Under the pieces are notes generated by a model. The model was not told the origin of the DNA. It ran no database searches and saw only the letters and a program-made list of their open reading frames with translations. From Candidatus Sungiibacteriota bacterium (GTDB taxonomy: Bacteria > Patescibacteriota > Minisyncoccia > Sungbacterales > HO2-52-23), in contig CP066690.1 of assembly GCA_016432465.1 (NCBI GenBank), forward strand, positions 590,823 through 654,822: a stretch of DNA of 64,000 nucleotides, read 5' to 3'. Position numbers and translations under genes: made by a program. Shown piece after piece: positions 37,582-47,340 of the stretch. The first letter of the stretch is position 1. The number at the start of each line of letters is the position of its first letter.

Positions 37582-38264
37582 CCCACAGAGTTCATCCATA
37601 CATTTTTAGACTAGGGCAAATAACCGTTTGGAAATCACGGTGGTTTAACCAAAAAAAATTTCAGGAGTATCTAAGAGAAGACACGCTTCTTAGGGCGTGG
37701 CTGGAGCGTCACCTGCGTCAAAGCCATATTGAGTCTATAGAAGTTGAGCGTTCGCCCAATACCCTGCATATTATTGTTAAAACCTCGCGTCCCGGAATCT
37801 TAATAGGACGTGGGGGGGAGGGGGCGGAGAGGTTGAAAGATGAAATAAAGAAACGTATTATAAAAATTTGGAAACAGCGTGGCAAGCTGCCGGACAAACG
37901 CGAAATTAAACTCACTATAGAAGAGGTACGTTTTCCGGAAACCCACGCTGCGATCGCGGCCCAAATGATTGTTGAAGACATTGAGAGGCGAATATCGTTT
38001 CGCCGCGCCCTGAAGCAAGCCATTGAAAAAATCTCTGCATCCAAAGACGTGAAGGGCGTAAAGATAGCGTTAAAAGGCCGTCTTGACGGGGCGGAGATGG
38101 CACGTTACGAGTGGTTAAAAAGGGGCCGAATCCCCCTGCAGACACTGCGCGCCAATGTTGATTATGCGGAAAAGCGGGCCGAAACTACTTATGGGACTAT
38201 TGGGGTGAAGGTTTGGATTTATAAAGGAGATGTTTTTGAGAAAAAGGAAAGTAAAAAAACATGA
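37578..38264 (+). CDS. rpsC: ribosomal protein S3
   Basis: KH domain GILIGRGG. Confidence 0.9.
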   Translation: MTHRVHPYIFRLGQITVWKSRWFNQKKFQEYLREDTLLRAWLERHLRQSHIESIEVERSPNTLHIIVKTSRPGILIGRGGEGAERLKDEIKKRIIKIWKQRGKLPDKREIKLTIEEVRFPETHAAIAAQMIVEDIERRISFRRALKQAIEKISASKDVKGVKIALKGRLDGAEMARYEWLKRGRIPLQTLRANVDYAEKRAETTYGTIGVKVWIYKGDVFEKKESKKT

Positions 38265-38524
38265 GAACCATAACCAAGAAAACTTGGCCGGAGTATTTTA
38301 AAAAAGTACGGGCGCGAAAAAAGAACGTTGAACTTAGGCTTGCCGACTTCAAAATTTCTAAAGGCGATATATTACTGCTTCAGGAGTGGGACCCAAAGAA
38401 GAAGATTTTTACCGGAAGGAGTGTAAAAAGAAGAGTGGCGGCCGTACATAAGGTCAATATGGCCAAGTTCCATTCGCAAAAAAAGCTAACAAAATACGGT
38501 CTATACGCTATTGAGATGAAATAA
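38261..38524 (+). CDS. DUF3850/ASCH-like small protein inserted between rpsC and rplP
   Basis: WPEYFKKVRARKKNVELRLADFKISKGDILLLQEW resembles DUF3850 (…PEYF..V..G.KTFE.R.ND…VGD.L.L.EW); AAGGAAAG RBS. Confidence 0.5.
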   Translation: MRTITKKTWPEYFKKVRARKKNVELRLADFKISKGDILLLQEWDPKKKIFTGRSVKRRVAAVHKVNMAKFHSQKKLTKYGLYAIEMK

Positions 38525-38526
38525 AT

Positions 38527-38630
38527 CCCCCCACCTTCCCAGCGGGGTATTGGACCCCGCTGGGAAGGATTTCTACGGCGCCCATTCATCCCCGCAGCAA
38601 GCTGCGGAGTATTCTGGGAAGGTGGGGGGA
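38527..38630 (+). repeat. GC-rich nested hairpin element (CCCCCCACCTTCCCAG...CTGGGAAGGTGGGGGG outer; CCTTCCCAGCGGGG/CCCCGCTGGGAAGG inner)
   Basis: read directly. Confidence 0.6.
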
Positions 38631-38645
38631 TAAAAGACATAATTT

Positions 38646-39053
38646 ATGTTACAGCCCAAAAAAGTAAAACACCGCAAGTGGCAAAAAGGACGTCGGGGCG
38701 GCAAGGAAACGCGCGGCACTGAACTTGCCTTTGGCTCCTATGGGTTAAAGGCGCTGGAGGCACGCTGGATTACGGCGCGTCAAGTTGAAGCCGCTCGTCG
38801 GGCGATGACGCATTACGTTCAGCGCGGTGGTAAAATATGGATCCGTATTTTTCCTGATAAACCAGTAACCAAAAAACCGCCTGAAGTGACGCTAGGCGGC
38901 GGTAAGGGGTCAGTAGATCACTATGTGGTTCCGGTAAAACCGGGCAGAATACTTTTTGAAATGGATGGTGTCAGCGAAGAAGTGGCGGAAGAAGCCATGA
39001 GGCTGGCTGGCCATAAACTACCCATTAAGACCAAGTTTGTTAAAAGGTCATGA
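38646..39053 (+). CDS. rplP: ribosomal protein L16
   Basis: [11 protein letters not shown]. Confidence 0.9.
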   Translation: MLQPKKVKHRKWQKGRRGGKETRGTELAFGSYGLKALEARWITARQVEAARRAMTHYVQRGGKIWIRIFPDKPVTKKPPEVTLGGGKGSVDHYVVPVKPGRILFEMDGVSEEVAEEAMRLAGHKLPIKTKFVKRS

Positions 39054-39258
39054 GTCCCGTTAGAGAGGAGGGTCGTCTCTGACGGGGGTTACAATATGTA
39101 TAGGAACCATAGAACCAAGTTAGTTATCAAGATTAACCATAAATCCCGTTAGAGATATGGAACTAAATGCGGTTTGTAGGATATCAATGTATGCGGAACG
39201 CGTCTTACTGCATGTTTCCATACGTAATAAATCTCTAACGGGATAAATCTCTAACGGG
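39054..39258. repeat. cluster of CCCGTTAGAGAT / ATCTCTAACGGG motif copies (2 direct, 2 inverted)
   Basis: same 12-mer forms the TIR of the lepA-5' insert at 58548-58616. Confidence 0.55.
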
Positions 39259-39450
39259 ATGAAAGTTAATGAATTAATAAAAAAATCCCAAGAGGAGCTA
39301 GAGGTACTGCTTGAGGAAAAGAGGCAAAAACAGGAAGAAATGGGGCGGTTGCTTCATCAGAAAAAGATAAAAAATGTAAAGGAGCTCTGGGCTATTAAAA
39401 AAGACATTGCCCGCATATTAACTATTTTAAAATCCTATGAGGCATCTTAA
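39259..39450 (+). CDS. rpmC: ribosomal protein L29
   Basis: operon position, coiled-coil 63 aa. Confidence 0.8.
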   Translation: MKVNELIKKSQEELEVLLEEKRQKQEEMGRLLHQKKIKNVKELWAIKKDIARILTILKSYEAS

Positions 39451-39709
39451 GGGTATTGTAGTTTCAAATAAAATGCAAAAAACGGTCATAGTAAGAGTTG
39501 ACCGTCTTAAAAAGCACCCCCGTTATCATAAGTACTACCGTATCTCTAAGCGTTTCAAAGCGCATGACGAGGCTGGTGAATACAAGACGGGCGACGTTGT
39601 GATTATTGAAGAAACAAGGCCTTATTCTAGAGGTAAACGTTGGACAGTCAAAGGTCTGCTTAAACGCGAAGCGGCGGCGGAGTCTGAGTTGCCGGAGGAA
39701 CAATCATGA
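39437..39709 (+). CDS. rpsQ: ribosomal protein S17
   Basis: [16 protein letters not shown]. Confidence 0.9.
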   Translation: MRHLKGIVVSNKMQKTVIVRVDRLKKHPRYHKYYRISKRFKAHDEAGEYKTGDVVIIEETRPYSRGKRWTVKGLLKREAAAESELPEEQS

Positions 39710-40071
39710 TTCAAACACGTTCCATGTTAAAAGTAGCCGATAACTCCGGGGCAAAACTTCTCCAAGTTATTAAAGTTTTAGGTGGGACAAGGCGCCGCTA
39801 TGCGCGTCTTGGAGATTTGGTGGTAGCTTCGGTAAAGGTTGCCGAGCCGCGCAAGGCCGTAAAGAAAAAGGATGTGGTGCGGGCTGTTATTGTCCGGGAA
39901 CGGGCCCCCTATCGTAGAAAAGACGGCTCTTACGTTCGTTTTGACGATAATGCTGCCGTGGTTGTGGATGGTTTTGATCCCAAGGGTGGTCGTATTTTTG
40001 GGCCGGTGGCGAGGGAGTTAAGAGATCGGGGATATACAAAAATTATTTCATTAGCATCCGAGGTTGTATGA
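39706..40071 (+). CDS. rplN: ribosomal protein L14
   Basis: [16 protein letters not shown]. Confidence 0.95.
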   Translation: MIQTRSMLKVADNSGAKLLQVIKVLGGTRRRYARLGDLVVASVKVAEPRKAVKKKDVVRAVIVRERAPYRRKDGSYVRFDDNAAVVVDGFDPKGGRIFGPVARELRDRGYTKIISLASEVV

Positions 40072-40379
40072 TGAAAATAAAAAAAGGCGACCAAGTGCAA
40101 ATTATTTCCGGAAACGATAAAGGGAAAAAAGGAAAGGTTATTGCGGTTTTGCCCCAAGAAAGAAAGATAGTGGTAGAGGGGGTAAATATCAAGAAAAAAC
40201 ATGTAAGGCCGCGCTCTCAGGGCAAAAAGGGGGAGTTAGTCAAGGTGCCTCTCCCGTTTTCCGTATCGCGGGCAATGCTGATCTGCGGAAAGTGCGCAAA
40301 ACCCACACGCGCTGGGTTAAAAATAAACGCGTCCCGTCAAAAAGCAAGAGTCTGTAAAAAATGCGGAGGCGAGTTTTGA
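40068..40379 (+). CDS. rplX: ribosomal protein L24 with C-terminal zinc ribbon
   Basis: [18 protein letters not shown]; CGKC...CKKC. Confidence 0.9.
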   Translation: MMKIKKGDQVQIISGNDKGKKGKVIAVLPQERKIVVEGVNIKKKHVRPRSQGKKGELVKVPLPFSVSRAMLICGKCAKPTRAGLKINASRQKARVCKKCGGEF

Positions 40380-40380
40380 A

Positions 40381-40917
40381 ATGCCAACACTACAAGAAAA
40401 ATACAAAAAGGAAGTAGTCCCCGCGATGCGGACCAAGTTTGGCTACAAAAACATAATGGCCGTACCCAAAATCACGAAGGTGGTGGTAAATGTAGGGGTG
40501 GGAAAATTGCACGATTCCAAAGAGCGTGAAGAGGTACAGAGATATTTAGCGTTAATCACTGGTCAGAAATCAAGTTCCCGTCCGGCTAAAAAAGCTATTG
40601 CCGCTTTTAAAACAAGAAAAGGGCTGGTTATCGGTTATCGGGTTACGCTTCGCGATAAACGGATGTATGATTTTTTGTCGCGTCTGGTCAACGTTGCTCT
40701 TCCCCGTACCCGTGACTTTCAAGGAATTGACCCAGGGTCGTTTGATCCGGCGGGCAATTTGACTATTGGTGTAAAAGAGCATATGGTATTCCCAGAGATA
40801 ATCGGTGAGGACTACCGATTTTTGTTTGGGCTGGAAGTAACTGTGGTGACTACGGCAAAGAAAAAGGAGGAGGGCATAGAGTTATTGAAGTTGATAGGAT
40901 TCCCCATAAGAAGTTAA
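40381..40917 (+). CDS. rplE: ribosomal protein L5
   Basis: operon position, L5 core. Confidence 0.9.
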   Translation: MPTLQEKYKKEVVPAMRTKFGYKNIMAVPKITKVVVNVGVGKLHDSKEREEVQRYLALITGQKSSSRPAKKAIAAFKTRKGLVIGYRVTLRDKRMYDFLSRLVNVALPRTRDFQGIDPGSFDPAGNLTIGVKEHMVFPEIIGEDYRFLFGLEVTVVTTAKKKEEGIELLKLIGFPIRS

Positions 40918-40923
40918 AAGTAT

Positions 40924-41076
40924 GGCATCCCCCGCCAATTTTGCGGGGTATGACACAAGCGAAACGCTTCGCCCAAAGAGGGACGGCCTATCCGGCCACG
41001 CATTTCGCGAAAGTTACACACGAGCATCAAAATTGGACAGTATACCTGATTCAACGGCAAAATTGGAGGGGGATGC
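40924..41076. mobile_element. IR-bounded ~150-bp element (GGCATCCCCCGCCAATTTTG / CAAAATTGGAGGGGGATGC)
   Basis: 19-bp imperfect terminal inverted repeat in the rplE-rpsN spacer. Confidence 0.45.
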
Positions 41077-41127
41077 TCATGATTGTAACTAAATTTTATT
41101 CGCTTATGCTCTAAAATTTAGACAATC

Positions 41128-41313
41128 ATGGCAAAACAATCCGTTATAGCCAGAGCATTAAAACCACCAAAGTATAAGTCGCGAGTTGTGCGGCGCTGTT
41201 TTCGGTGTGGTAGAAAACGGGGCTATATCCGGGACTTTGATCTCTGCCGTATTTGTTTTAGGGAGCTGGCCAACCGAGGCGAGATACCGGGGATAAAAAA
41301 GTCATCGTGGTAA
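41128..41313 (+). CDS. rpsN: ribosomal protein S14 type Z (zinc)
   Basis: 61 aa, CxxC..CxxC. Confidence 0.9.
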   Translation: MAKQSVIARALKPPKYKSRVVRRCFRCGRKRGYIRDFDLCRICFRELANRGEIPGIKKSSW

Positions 41314-41316
41314 ATC

Positions 41317-41424
41317 AGTTTAAGGTTTGGAGTTATAAGTTAAAGTTCGTAGTTATAAGTTTACGTTAAACCTTAACAAAAAACTTAAAACTAAAACTTA
41401 AAACTTTCAACTTAGAACTGGAGT
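41317..41424 (+). repeat. AT-rich repeat, second copy (forms rpsH leader)
   Basis: see 23296-23398. Confidence 0.5.
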
Positions 41425-41808
41425 ATGGATCCAATATCTGACATGTTTATAAGGATTAAAAACGCTAGCCGCGCGGGACACGAGACCGTGCTTCTTCCGT
41501 ATTCTAAATTTAAACATGAGCTTGCGAAGGTGCTGGAGAAGTCGGGTTTTGTTAAAGCGGTTGAGCGAAAAGGCAAGCGGGTGCGAAAATCTCTGGAAGT
41601 TGTGCTGAAGTATGAAAATGATGAGCCGGCCATCCATGAGATTAAACTTATTTCCAAGGCCAGCCGCAGGGTTTATGCGCCCTACCGTAAATTGGGCAGA
41701 CAACGCCATGGCGGTATTATTATTGTTTCGACGCCTAAGGGAGTCATGATGAGTTCAGAAGCAAAGAAACAAAAGGTCGGCGGAGAGTTTATTGCGGAGG
41801 TGTGGTAA
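41425..41808 (+). CDS. rpsH: ribosomal protein S8
   Basis: MDPISDMFIRIKNA. Confidence 0.95.
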   Translation: MDPISDMFIRIKNASRAGHETVLLPYSKFKHELAKVLEKSGFVKAVERKGKRVRKSLEVVLKYENDEPAIHEIKLISKASRRVYAPYRKLGRQRHGGIIIVSTPKGVMMSSEAKKQKVGGEFIAEVW

Positions 41809-41810
41809 AA

Positions 41811-42353
41811 ATGTCACGCATTGGTAAAAAACCAATACCTGTTCCGGTCGGCGTTGCGGTTTCACTTGATGGGTCCAACTTAGTAGTTAAGGGTCCCAAG
41901 GGCGAGCTTACACGACTCCTGCATCCGGATATTGCTATTGAGATAAAGGAAGGAGAAATTTCTGTTACCACACGCCGTCAGACCAAAAAAACGCCGGCCC
42001 TCTGGGGACTTTTCAGGTCGCTAATCGCCAATATGATAGTTGGGGTAACGGCAGGGTATGAAAAAAAACTTGAATTTGAAGGGGTTGGGTATCGCGCAAA
42101 TTTGGAAGGCGACACGTTGATCATGCAGCTTGGTTTTTCTCACCCTGCTCGTCTGGAAGCTCCTTCCGGGATAAAATTTTCTGTTGAGAAAAACTCCATT
42201 ACAATATTGGGTATAGACAAGGAATTGGTAGGCGAGACTGCGGCTCGTTTAAGGTCACTTAAACCAGTTGAACCATATAAAGGCAAGGGCATACGCTACA
42301 AGGGCGAAATTGTTCGTCGCAAGGCAGGCAAAAAAGCCGTGGCTGCGGCATAA
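41811..42353 (+). CDS. rplF: ribosomal protein L6
   Basis: MSRIGKKPIPVP; GAGGTG RBS. Confidence 0.9.
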   Translation: MSRIGKKPIPVPVGVAVSLDGSNLVVKGPKGELTRLLHPDIAIEIKEGEISVTTRRQTKKTPALWGLFRSLIANMIVGVTAGYEKKLEFEGVGYRANLEGDTLIMQLGFSHPARLEAPSGIKFSVEKNSITILGIDKELVGETAARLRSLKPVEPYKGKGIRYKGEIVRRKAGKKAVAAA

Positions 42354-42357
42354 ATAA

Positions 42358-42711
42358 ATGAAAACAAGAAAAGACAAAAGAACACAGCGCCATCGTAGAG
42401 TACGCGCAAGAATTAAGGGAACAGACGAGCGTCCGCGCCTTTCTGCATTCAAGTCAAACAGACATCTTATGCTTCAGCTTATTGACGATATTGTCGGTAA
42501 AACGTTGGTAGCCGCCAACGATACCGAAGTGTCCATAAAAAAGACAAAAGGTTCACTATTGGTACGTGCGGGAAAAGTCGGGGAGTTATTGGCCAAAAGA
42601 GCCCTGGAAAAGAAAATAAAACAGGCGGTTTTTGACCGAGGTGGTTATAAATACCATGGTATAGTCAAGGCAGCGTCCGATGGGGCGCGTAAGGGCGGAC
42701 TTACTTTTTAA
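42358..42711 (+). CDS. rplR: ribosomal protein L18
   Basis: operon position. Confidence 0.85.
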   Translation: MKTRKDKRTQRHRRVRARIKGTDERPRLSAFKSNRHLMLQLIDDIVGKTLVAANDTEVSIKKTKGSLLVRAGKVGELLAKRALEKKIKQAVFDRGGYKYHGIVKAASDGARKGGLTF

Positions 42712-42713
42712 CT

Positions 42714-43241
42714 ATGATCAAACGCGAACGAAAATCTGGTCAGGATTTTGGACGTGAAAGATCTGAATTTGATCAGACTGTTTTGGACGTCCGCAGAACG
42801 GCGCGGGTAGTGGCCGGGGGAAGACGTTTTACTTTTCGCGCCACGGTGGTGATTGGCAATCGTAATGGAAAAGTTGGGTTGGGTATTGGTAAGGGGGCTG
42901 ATGTTGCTTCAGCCGTGGAAAAGGCAGTATATCAGGCAAAGAAAAATGTAATAATAGTTCCTCTGACCAGCTCCTACTCAATTCCTCACGAAGTTTCAGC
43001 GAAATTCTCTTCGGCCCGCATTATTTTAAAGCCGTCGCGTGAGGGCAGGGGACTTGTGGCTGGCGGTCCGGTGCGAACCATTGCTGGTCTTGTGGGTATA
43101 AAAAATCTTACGTCAAAAATTATTTCCCGTACTGTTAATAAACTTAATAATGCGGGTGCGACTATGGAGGCTTTAAAAAAACTGAAACAGCCGTCTAAAA
43201 ATAATCGTTATGCAACTGCATCAGTTGAGGCCGCAAAATAA
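42714..43241 (+). CDS. rpsE: ribosomal protein S5
   Basis: operon position, S5 core. Confidence 0.9.
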   Translation: MIKRERKSGQDFGRERSEFDQTVLDVRRTARVVAGGRRFTFRATVVIGNRNGKVGLGIGKGADVASAVEKAVYQAKKNVIIVPLTSSYSIPHEVSAKFSSARIILKPSREGRGLVAGGPVRTIAGLVGIKNLTSKIISRTVNKLNNAGATMEALKKLKQPSKNNRYATASVEAAK

Positions 43242-43617
43242 AATAAGGCGTTCTCGAAGAATAGGGCGCGGCGGAAAACGCGGCACTTATTCGGGTCGCG
43301 GTATTAAGGGTCAGCGCGCCCGGGCCGGCGCCAAAATTAGGCCGGCCGAGCGCGAAATTTTGAAAAAAATCCCGAAACTCCGCGGCTATAAATTTAAGTC
43401 TTGGCGCAAAAGACCAGTTGTAGTAAATCTCGCGGCGATTAATGAAAAATTTAAGTCGGGCGACACCGTATCGCCGGAAAGTTTGTTAAAAGCCGGACTT
43501 GTGAGTAGAATAAAAGGAAGGATTCCTCCGGTCAAAATTTTAGGCAAGGGAGAACTAAAAAAGAAAATTATTTTTAAGGACGTAAATTTCTCCAAGACGG
43601 CAAAATCCAAGCTCTAA
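43210..43617 (+). CDS. rplO: ribosomal protein L15 (no L30 gene between rpsE and rplO)
   Basis: GRGGKRGTYSGRGIKGQ. Confidence 0.9.
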   Translation: MQLHQLRPQNKIRRSRRIGRGGKRGTYSGRGIKGQRARAGAKIRPAEREILKKIPKLRGYKFKSWRKRPVVVNLAAINEKFKSGDTVSPESLLKAGLVSRIKGRIPPVKILGKGELKKKIIFKDVNFSKTAKSKL

Positions 43618-43622
43618 TAACT

Positions 43623-44894
43623 ATGCTGAAAAAACTGGCCCTGCTTTTCACCATTCCCGACCTGCGCAAAAAGGTATTTTTTATTTTTGCAATACTCGTG
43701 GTTTTTCGTATTGCGGCGGCAATCCCCGTGCCGGGTGTTGATCCGGTGCGTCTTAAAGCGTTTCTTGGCGGCAACCAGTTTTTTGGTCTTTTAAATATTT
43801 TTTCCGGAGGAGTGCTTGATAACTTGTCTATTGTTATGTTGGGTGTCGGGCCCTACATAACCGCAACGATCATCATGCAGCTTTTGACTATGATCGTGCC
43901 GCGCCTCAAAGAAATGTATCAGGAGGAGGGTGAGGCGGGGAGGACACGTTTTAACCAATACTCCCGTCTGCTTACTGTACCTTTAGCCTTGCTTCAGTCT
44001 TACGGGCTTCTCGTGCTTTTAATCCGTCAGCAGGTTATTCCTTCCCCCACAATTTTTGGTTATCTCTCCAACATGATTATTGCTACTGCCGGTACCATGT
44101 TTTTGATGTGGTTGGGCGAGCTGATAACGGAAAAAAATATCGGCAACGGCGTCTCCCTGATTATTTTTGCGGGTATTGTTTCGCGTCTCCCTTTTTCTAT
44201 TCAGCAGGAGCTGTTTACCTTTACTCCAGACCGAGTCCCTACCTATTTTGCTTTTGCGGCGGTGGCGCTCATTGTTATTGCCGGCGTTATTATTATTTCC
44301 GAAGGACAGCGCAACGTGCCGGTCTCTTACGCTAAACGCATCCGCGGGATGCGCATGTATGGAGGGGTTTCCACCCACCTGCCCCTGCGAGTAAATCAGG
44401 CGGGGGTTATTCCTATTATTTTTGCGATTTCCATAATTCTTTTTCCGGGACTTATAGGAAGTTTTCTTGCCGGCGTGCCCAACCAGTTTGTTCAGGAGGC
44501 TTCTCGTTTTCTGATTCAGATTTTTAATAATCGCTGGTTTTACGGTATAATTTACTTTTTGCTTGTTTTTATCTTTACTTATTTTTATACCGCAGTTACT
44601 TTTGATCCCAAGGCCATTTCCGAAAATATTCAAAAGCAGGGCGGGTTTGTTTTGGGTATAAGGCCGGGCAGGCCCACGGCGGAGTTTCTCTACAACATCT
44701 TGAACCGTATCACTCTTGCCGGGGGACTTTTTTTGGGAGCAGTGGCCGTGCTTCCGCTTCTGGTACAGGGCGTTTTTGGAATACGCGCCCTGACCTTGGG
44801 AGGCACCGCGCTTTTAATAGTTGTGTCTGTGGTTCTTGAAACCGTAAAGCAGATTAACGCCCAGTTAGTTATGCGAGAATATGAAAACATATAA
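43623..44894 (+). CDS. secY: preprotein translocase SecY
   Basis: 10-TM, operon position. Confidence 0.95.
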   Translation: MLKKLALLFTIPDLRKKVFFIFAILVVFRIAAAIPVPGVDPVRLKAFLGGNQFFGLLNIFSGGVLDNLSIVMLGVGPYITATIIMQLLTMIVPRLKEMYQEEGEAGRTRFNQYSRLLTVPLALLQSYGLLVLLIRQQVIPSPTIFGYLSNMIIATAGTMFLMWLGELITEKNIGNGVSLIIFAGIVSRLPFSIQQELFTFTPDRVPTYFAFAAVALIVIAGVIIISEGQRNVPVSYAKRIRGMRMYGGVSTHLPLRVNQAGVIPIIFAISIILFPGLIGSFLAGVPNQFVQEASRFLIQIFNNRWFYGIIYFLLVFIFTYFYTAVTFDPKAISENIQKQGGFVLGIRPGRPTAEFLYNILNRITLAGGLFLGAVAVLPLLVQGVFGIRALTLGGTALLIVVSVVLETVKQINAQLVMREYENI

Positions 44895-44967
44895 CCCGAT
44901 GCGAGTTTCTTGGTAATTCGGTCATCTCTTGACTGTTTTGGTAGCGTAAAGAAATATAAGAAACGTC

Positions 44968-45585
44968 ATGAAAAATACGCAATTAAAAAATAAATTAGCT
45001 ACGGTGATTCTGGGCCGTTCTGGTTCTGGAAAAGGGACGCAGGCCAAGTTTATTGTGCAGCGTCTAAAAAAATACGGAGTGCGGCATTTAGAGACAGGGG
45101 AACTTTTGCGGTCTATCGTTAAAACTGACAACCTTACTACACAGATAATCCGGCAGGTTATGAAAACCGGCGGTTTGGTCCCCGGTTGGGTAGCAGCATT
45201 TGCGTGGCTGCGCGAATTGATTGTATATGGACACGCAAACAAGCATTTGGTTTTTGACGGTGCCCCGCGAAGAATTTGGGAAGCAGAGCTTCTGGACGAG
45301 GTAATGCGTTGGCACGGTCGGTCCATGCCCTATTGTCTTTACATTGATGTTGGTGCAAGAGAGGCCACGCGTCGGCTTCTGGCTCGTGGCCGGAGTGACG
45401 ACACGCCGTCGGCGGTTCGTAATCGTATGAAGTTTTTTCAGGACCACGTTCTTACCGTACTTAAATACTACAAGCGTCAAGGACGCCTAATACATATTAA
45501 CGGAGAACAGTCCGTTAAGGCGATTTGGCGTGAGATTGATCGTACTTTGGCAAGAAAACTAGGAAGGAGGTGGCCGAGAAGATGA
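44968..45585 (+). CDS. adk: adenylate kinase
   Basis: GRSGSGKGTQ P-loop. Confidence 0.85.
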   Translation: MKNTQLKNKLATVILGRSGSGKGTQAKFIVQRLKKYGVRHLETGELLRSIVKTDNLTTQIIRQVMKTGGLVPGWVAAFAWLRELIVYGHANKHLVFDGAPRRIWEAELLDEVMRWHGRSMPYCLYIDVGAREATRRLLARGRSDDTPSAVRNRMKFFQDHVLTVLKYYKRQGRLIHINGEQSVKAIWREIDRTLARKLGRRWPRR

Positions 45586-46361
45586 TTACAATAAAAACTT
45601 CAGAAGAAATAAAAACTTTGCGTGAGGGCGGCCGGAGGCTCGCAGAAATTCTTCAAAGGGTTGTTGCGAATGTAAAACAAGGCATCTCGACTTTTGAACT
45701 TGATAGGCTCGCCGAGAGCCTTATTTTAGCTTCCGGTGGCGCACCCGCGTTTAAGGGCTATCGCATCAAAGAGACCCGCAAATCTTATCCCTGCAGTCTT
45801 TGTACTTCGGTTAATGACGAAGTAGTTCATGCGATTCCAAGCCAAGACAGGTTTTTAAAAGCCGGAGACATTATCGGATTAGATATCGGTATGCGGTGGG
45901 GTGGTTTATTTACAGATATGGCCGTGACCGTTGGTATTGGCAAAATTTCTCAAGAAGCAGAGCGTTTGATCCGCATTACTAAAGAGTCTCTCGGGGTTGG
46001 AATACGGGCCGTACGGCCGGGAGCGCGGACCGGAGACGTTGGTTATGCGGTTGAGCAGCACCTAAAAAAAAATAAACTCGGAGTTATTCGTGATCTTGCA
46101 GGGCATGGCGTTGGATATGCAGTTCACGAAGAGCCGTTGATACCCAATTACGGTAAACCCGGCATCGGACCAGAACTTAAAGAGGGTATGGTGCTTGCCA
46201 TAGAACCCATGGCTACGCTTGGGGACTGGCGGGTAGTGTTGGCTGACGATGAATGGACATTTAAAACTATGGACGGAAGTTTAGCCGCGCATTTTGAACA
46301 TACTGTGATGGTGACGAGTGGGGGAGTAGAGGTCTTGACTAAAAATAGTGGTCCATGCTAG
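45570..46361 (+). CDS. map: methionine aminopeptidase type I
   Basis: operon position, pita-bread fold motifs. Confidence 0.9.
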   Translation: MAEKMITIKTSEEIKTLREGGRRLAEILQRVVANVKQGISTFELDRLAESLILASGGAPAFKGYRIKETRKSYPCSLCTSVNDEVVHAIPSQDRFLKAGDIIGLDIGMRWGGLFTDMAVTVGIGKISQEAERLIRITKESLGVGIRAVRPGARTGDVGYAVEQHLKKNKLGVIRDLAGHGVGYAVHEEPLIPNYGKPGIGPELKEGMVLAIEPMATLGDWRVVLADDEWTFKTMDGSLAAHFEHTVMVTSGGVEVLTKNSGPC

Positions 46362-46394
46362 AATAGTTACGGGCCGGAAGAGGAGTGTATAGCC

Positions 46395-46817
46395 ATGTCC
46401 GGTGTGGGTGGGTTGGATTCGAGTAGAACAAGAATTTGCGAGAGCATCGGTGTGTTTACGGGAGCAACGCTTTTTGGTTATTTCTGGGGTCTATGGTTAG
46501 TCGGCTTTCTTTTTGGGTTTTTGTTTGTAGTACATTATTTTGTTGGAAGTGTTCTTTTGCGCGCTAAGAGCAGGTTTATACAGGAGGTCGGTAGTGCCAT
46601 CGCGCTTTTCTTCCTAATTCTTCCCAACGTATCTATTTTCTTGGGTTATGGGCTAAATTTAGGCCAGCAAATCTCTTTCCTGTTGAGTCTTATGCTGGGG
46701 AGCATAGTTTTTGGGGTAACAGGCTGGTTGGTGGGGAAAGCAATAGACTGTAAGAAACAAGAAAGAGAAGCCAAAAAGAGACTTGATCTGTTGATCGGGC
46801 GTAATAAAAACGAGTAG
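46395..46817 (+). CDS. hypothetical 4-TM membrane protein
   Basis: hydrophobic. Confidence 0.5.
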   Translation: MSGVGGLDSSRTRICESIGVFTGATLFGYFWGLWLVGFLFGFLFVVHYFVGSVLLRAKSRFIQEVGSAIALFFLILPNVSIFLGYGLNLGQQISFLLSLMLGSIVFGVTGWLVGKAIDCKKQEREAKKRLDLLIGRNKNE

Positions 46818-46845
46818 AGGCGACCATTGGTCGCTCTTTTTTTTA
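46818..46845 (+). terminator. rho-independent terminator GCGACC-attg-GTCGC + T8
   Basis: read directly. Confidence 0.65.
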
Positions 46846-46950
46846 CTCCAACTCCGCCGCTCTCTAGTTTTCTAATGTCTTTCGGAATTTTAGTAAAATA
46901 TTTTGGATATGCATTTGCGTAGAAATGCACGGGGCAGGTATACTATAGGT

Positions 46951-47340
46951 ATGCGCCACCTTGGTATAGATTATGGGGAAAAAAGAATCGGAATCGCGGT
47001 GTCTGACCCGAACGGCCAGATTGCCTTTCCACGCAAGGTGTTTTTTAATCGGGGGAATCCCCGCTTGTTGTCGGAGCTCGTCACTCTTATTGAAGAGGAA
47101 AAAGTCTCAAAAGTTATTGTTGGGCTGCCCGTAAGTCTTGACGGGAGGGAAACGGGACAAACCAAAGTTGTACGAGAATTTGCCGAAAGTTTGGAAAAAG
47201 AAGTAGCCATACCCGTAGAATTTGAAAACGAAATGCTTACTACCCGCATGGCGGAGCAGGCCGGAATTAAAAAAGAACATACGGACGAGGCCGCAGCGGC
47301 CCTTATTTTGCAGGCGTATTTAGATAGAATAAACAAATAA
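46951..47340 (+). CDS. ruvX: Holliday-junction resolvase-like YqgF/RuvX
   Basis: MRHLGIDYGEKRIGIAVSD. Confidence 0.8.
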   Translation: MRHLGIDYGEKRIGIAVSDPNGQIAFPRKVFFNRGNPRLLSELVTLIEEEKVSKVIVGLPVSLDGRETGQTKVVREFAESLEKEVAIPVEFENEMLTTRMAEQAGIKKEHTDEAAAALILQAYLDRINK

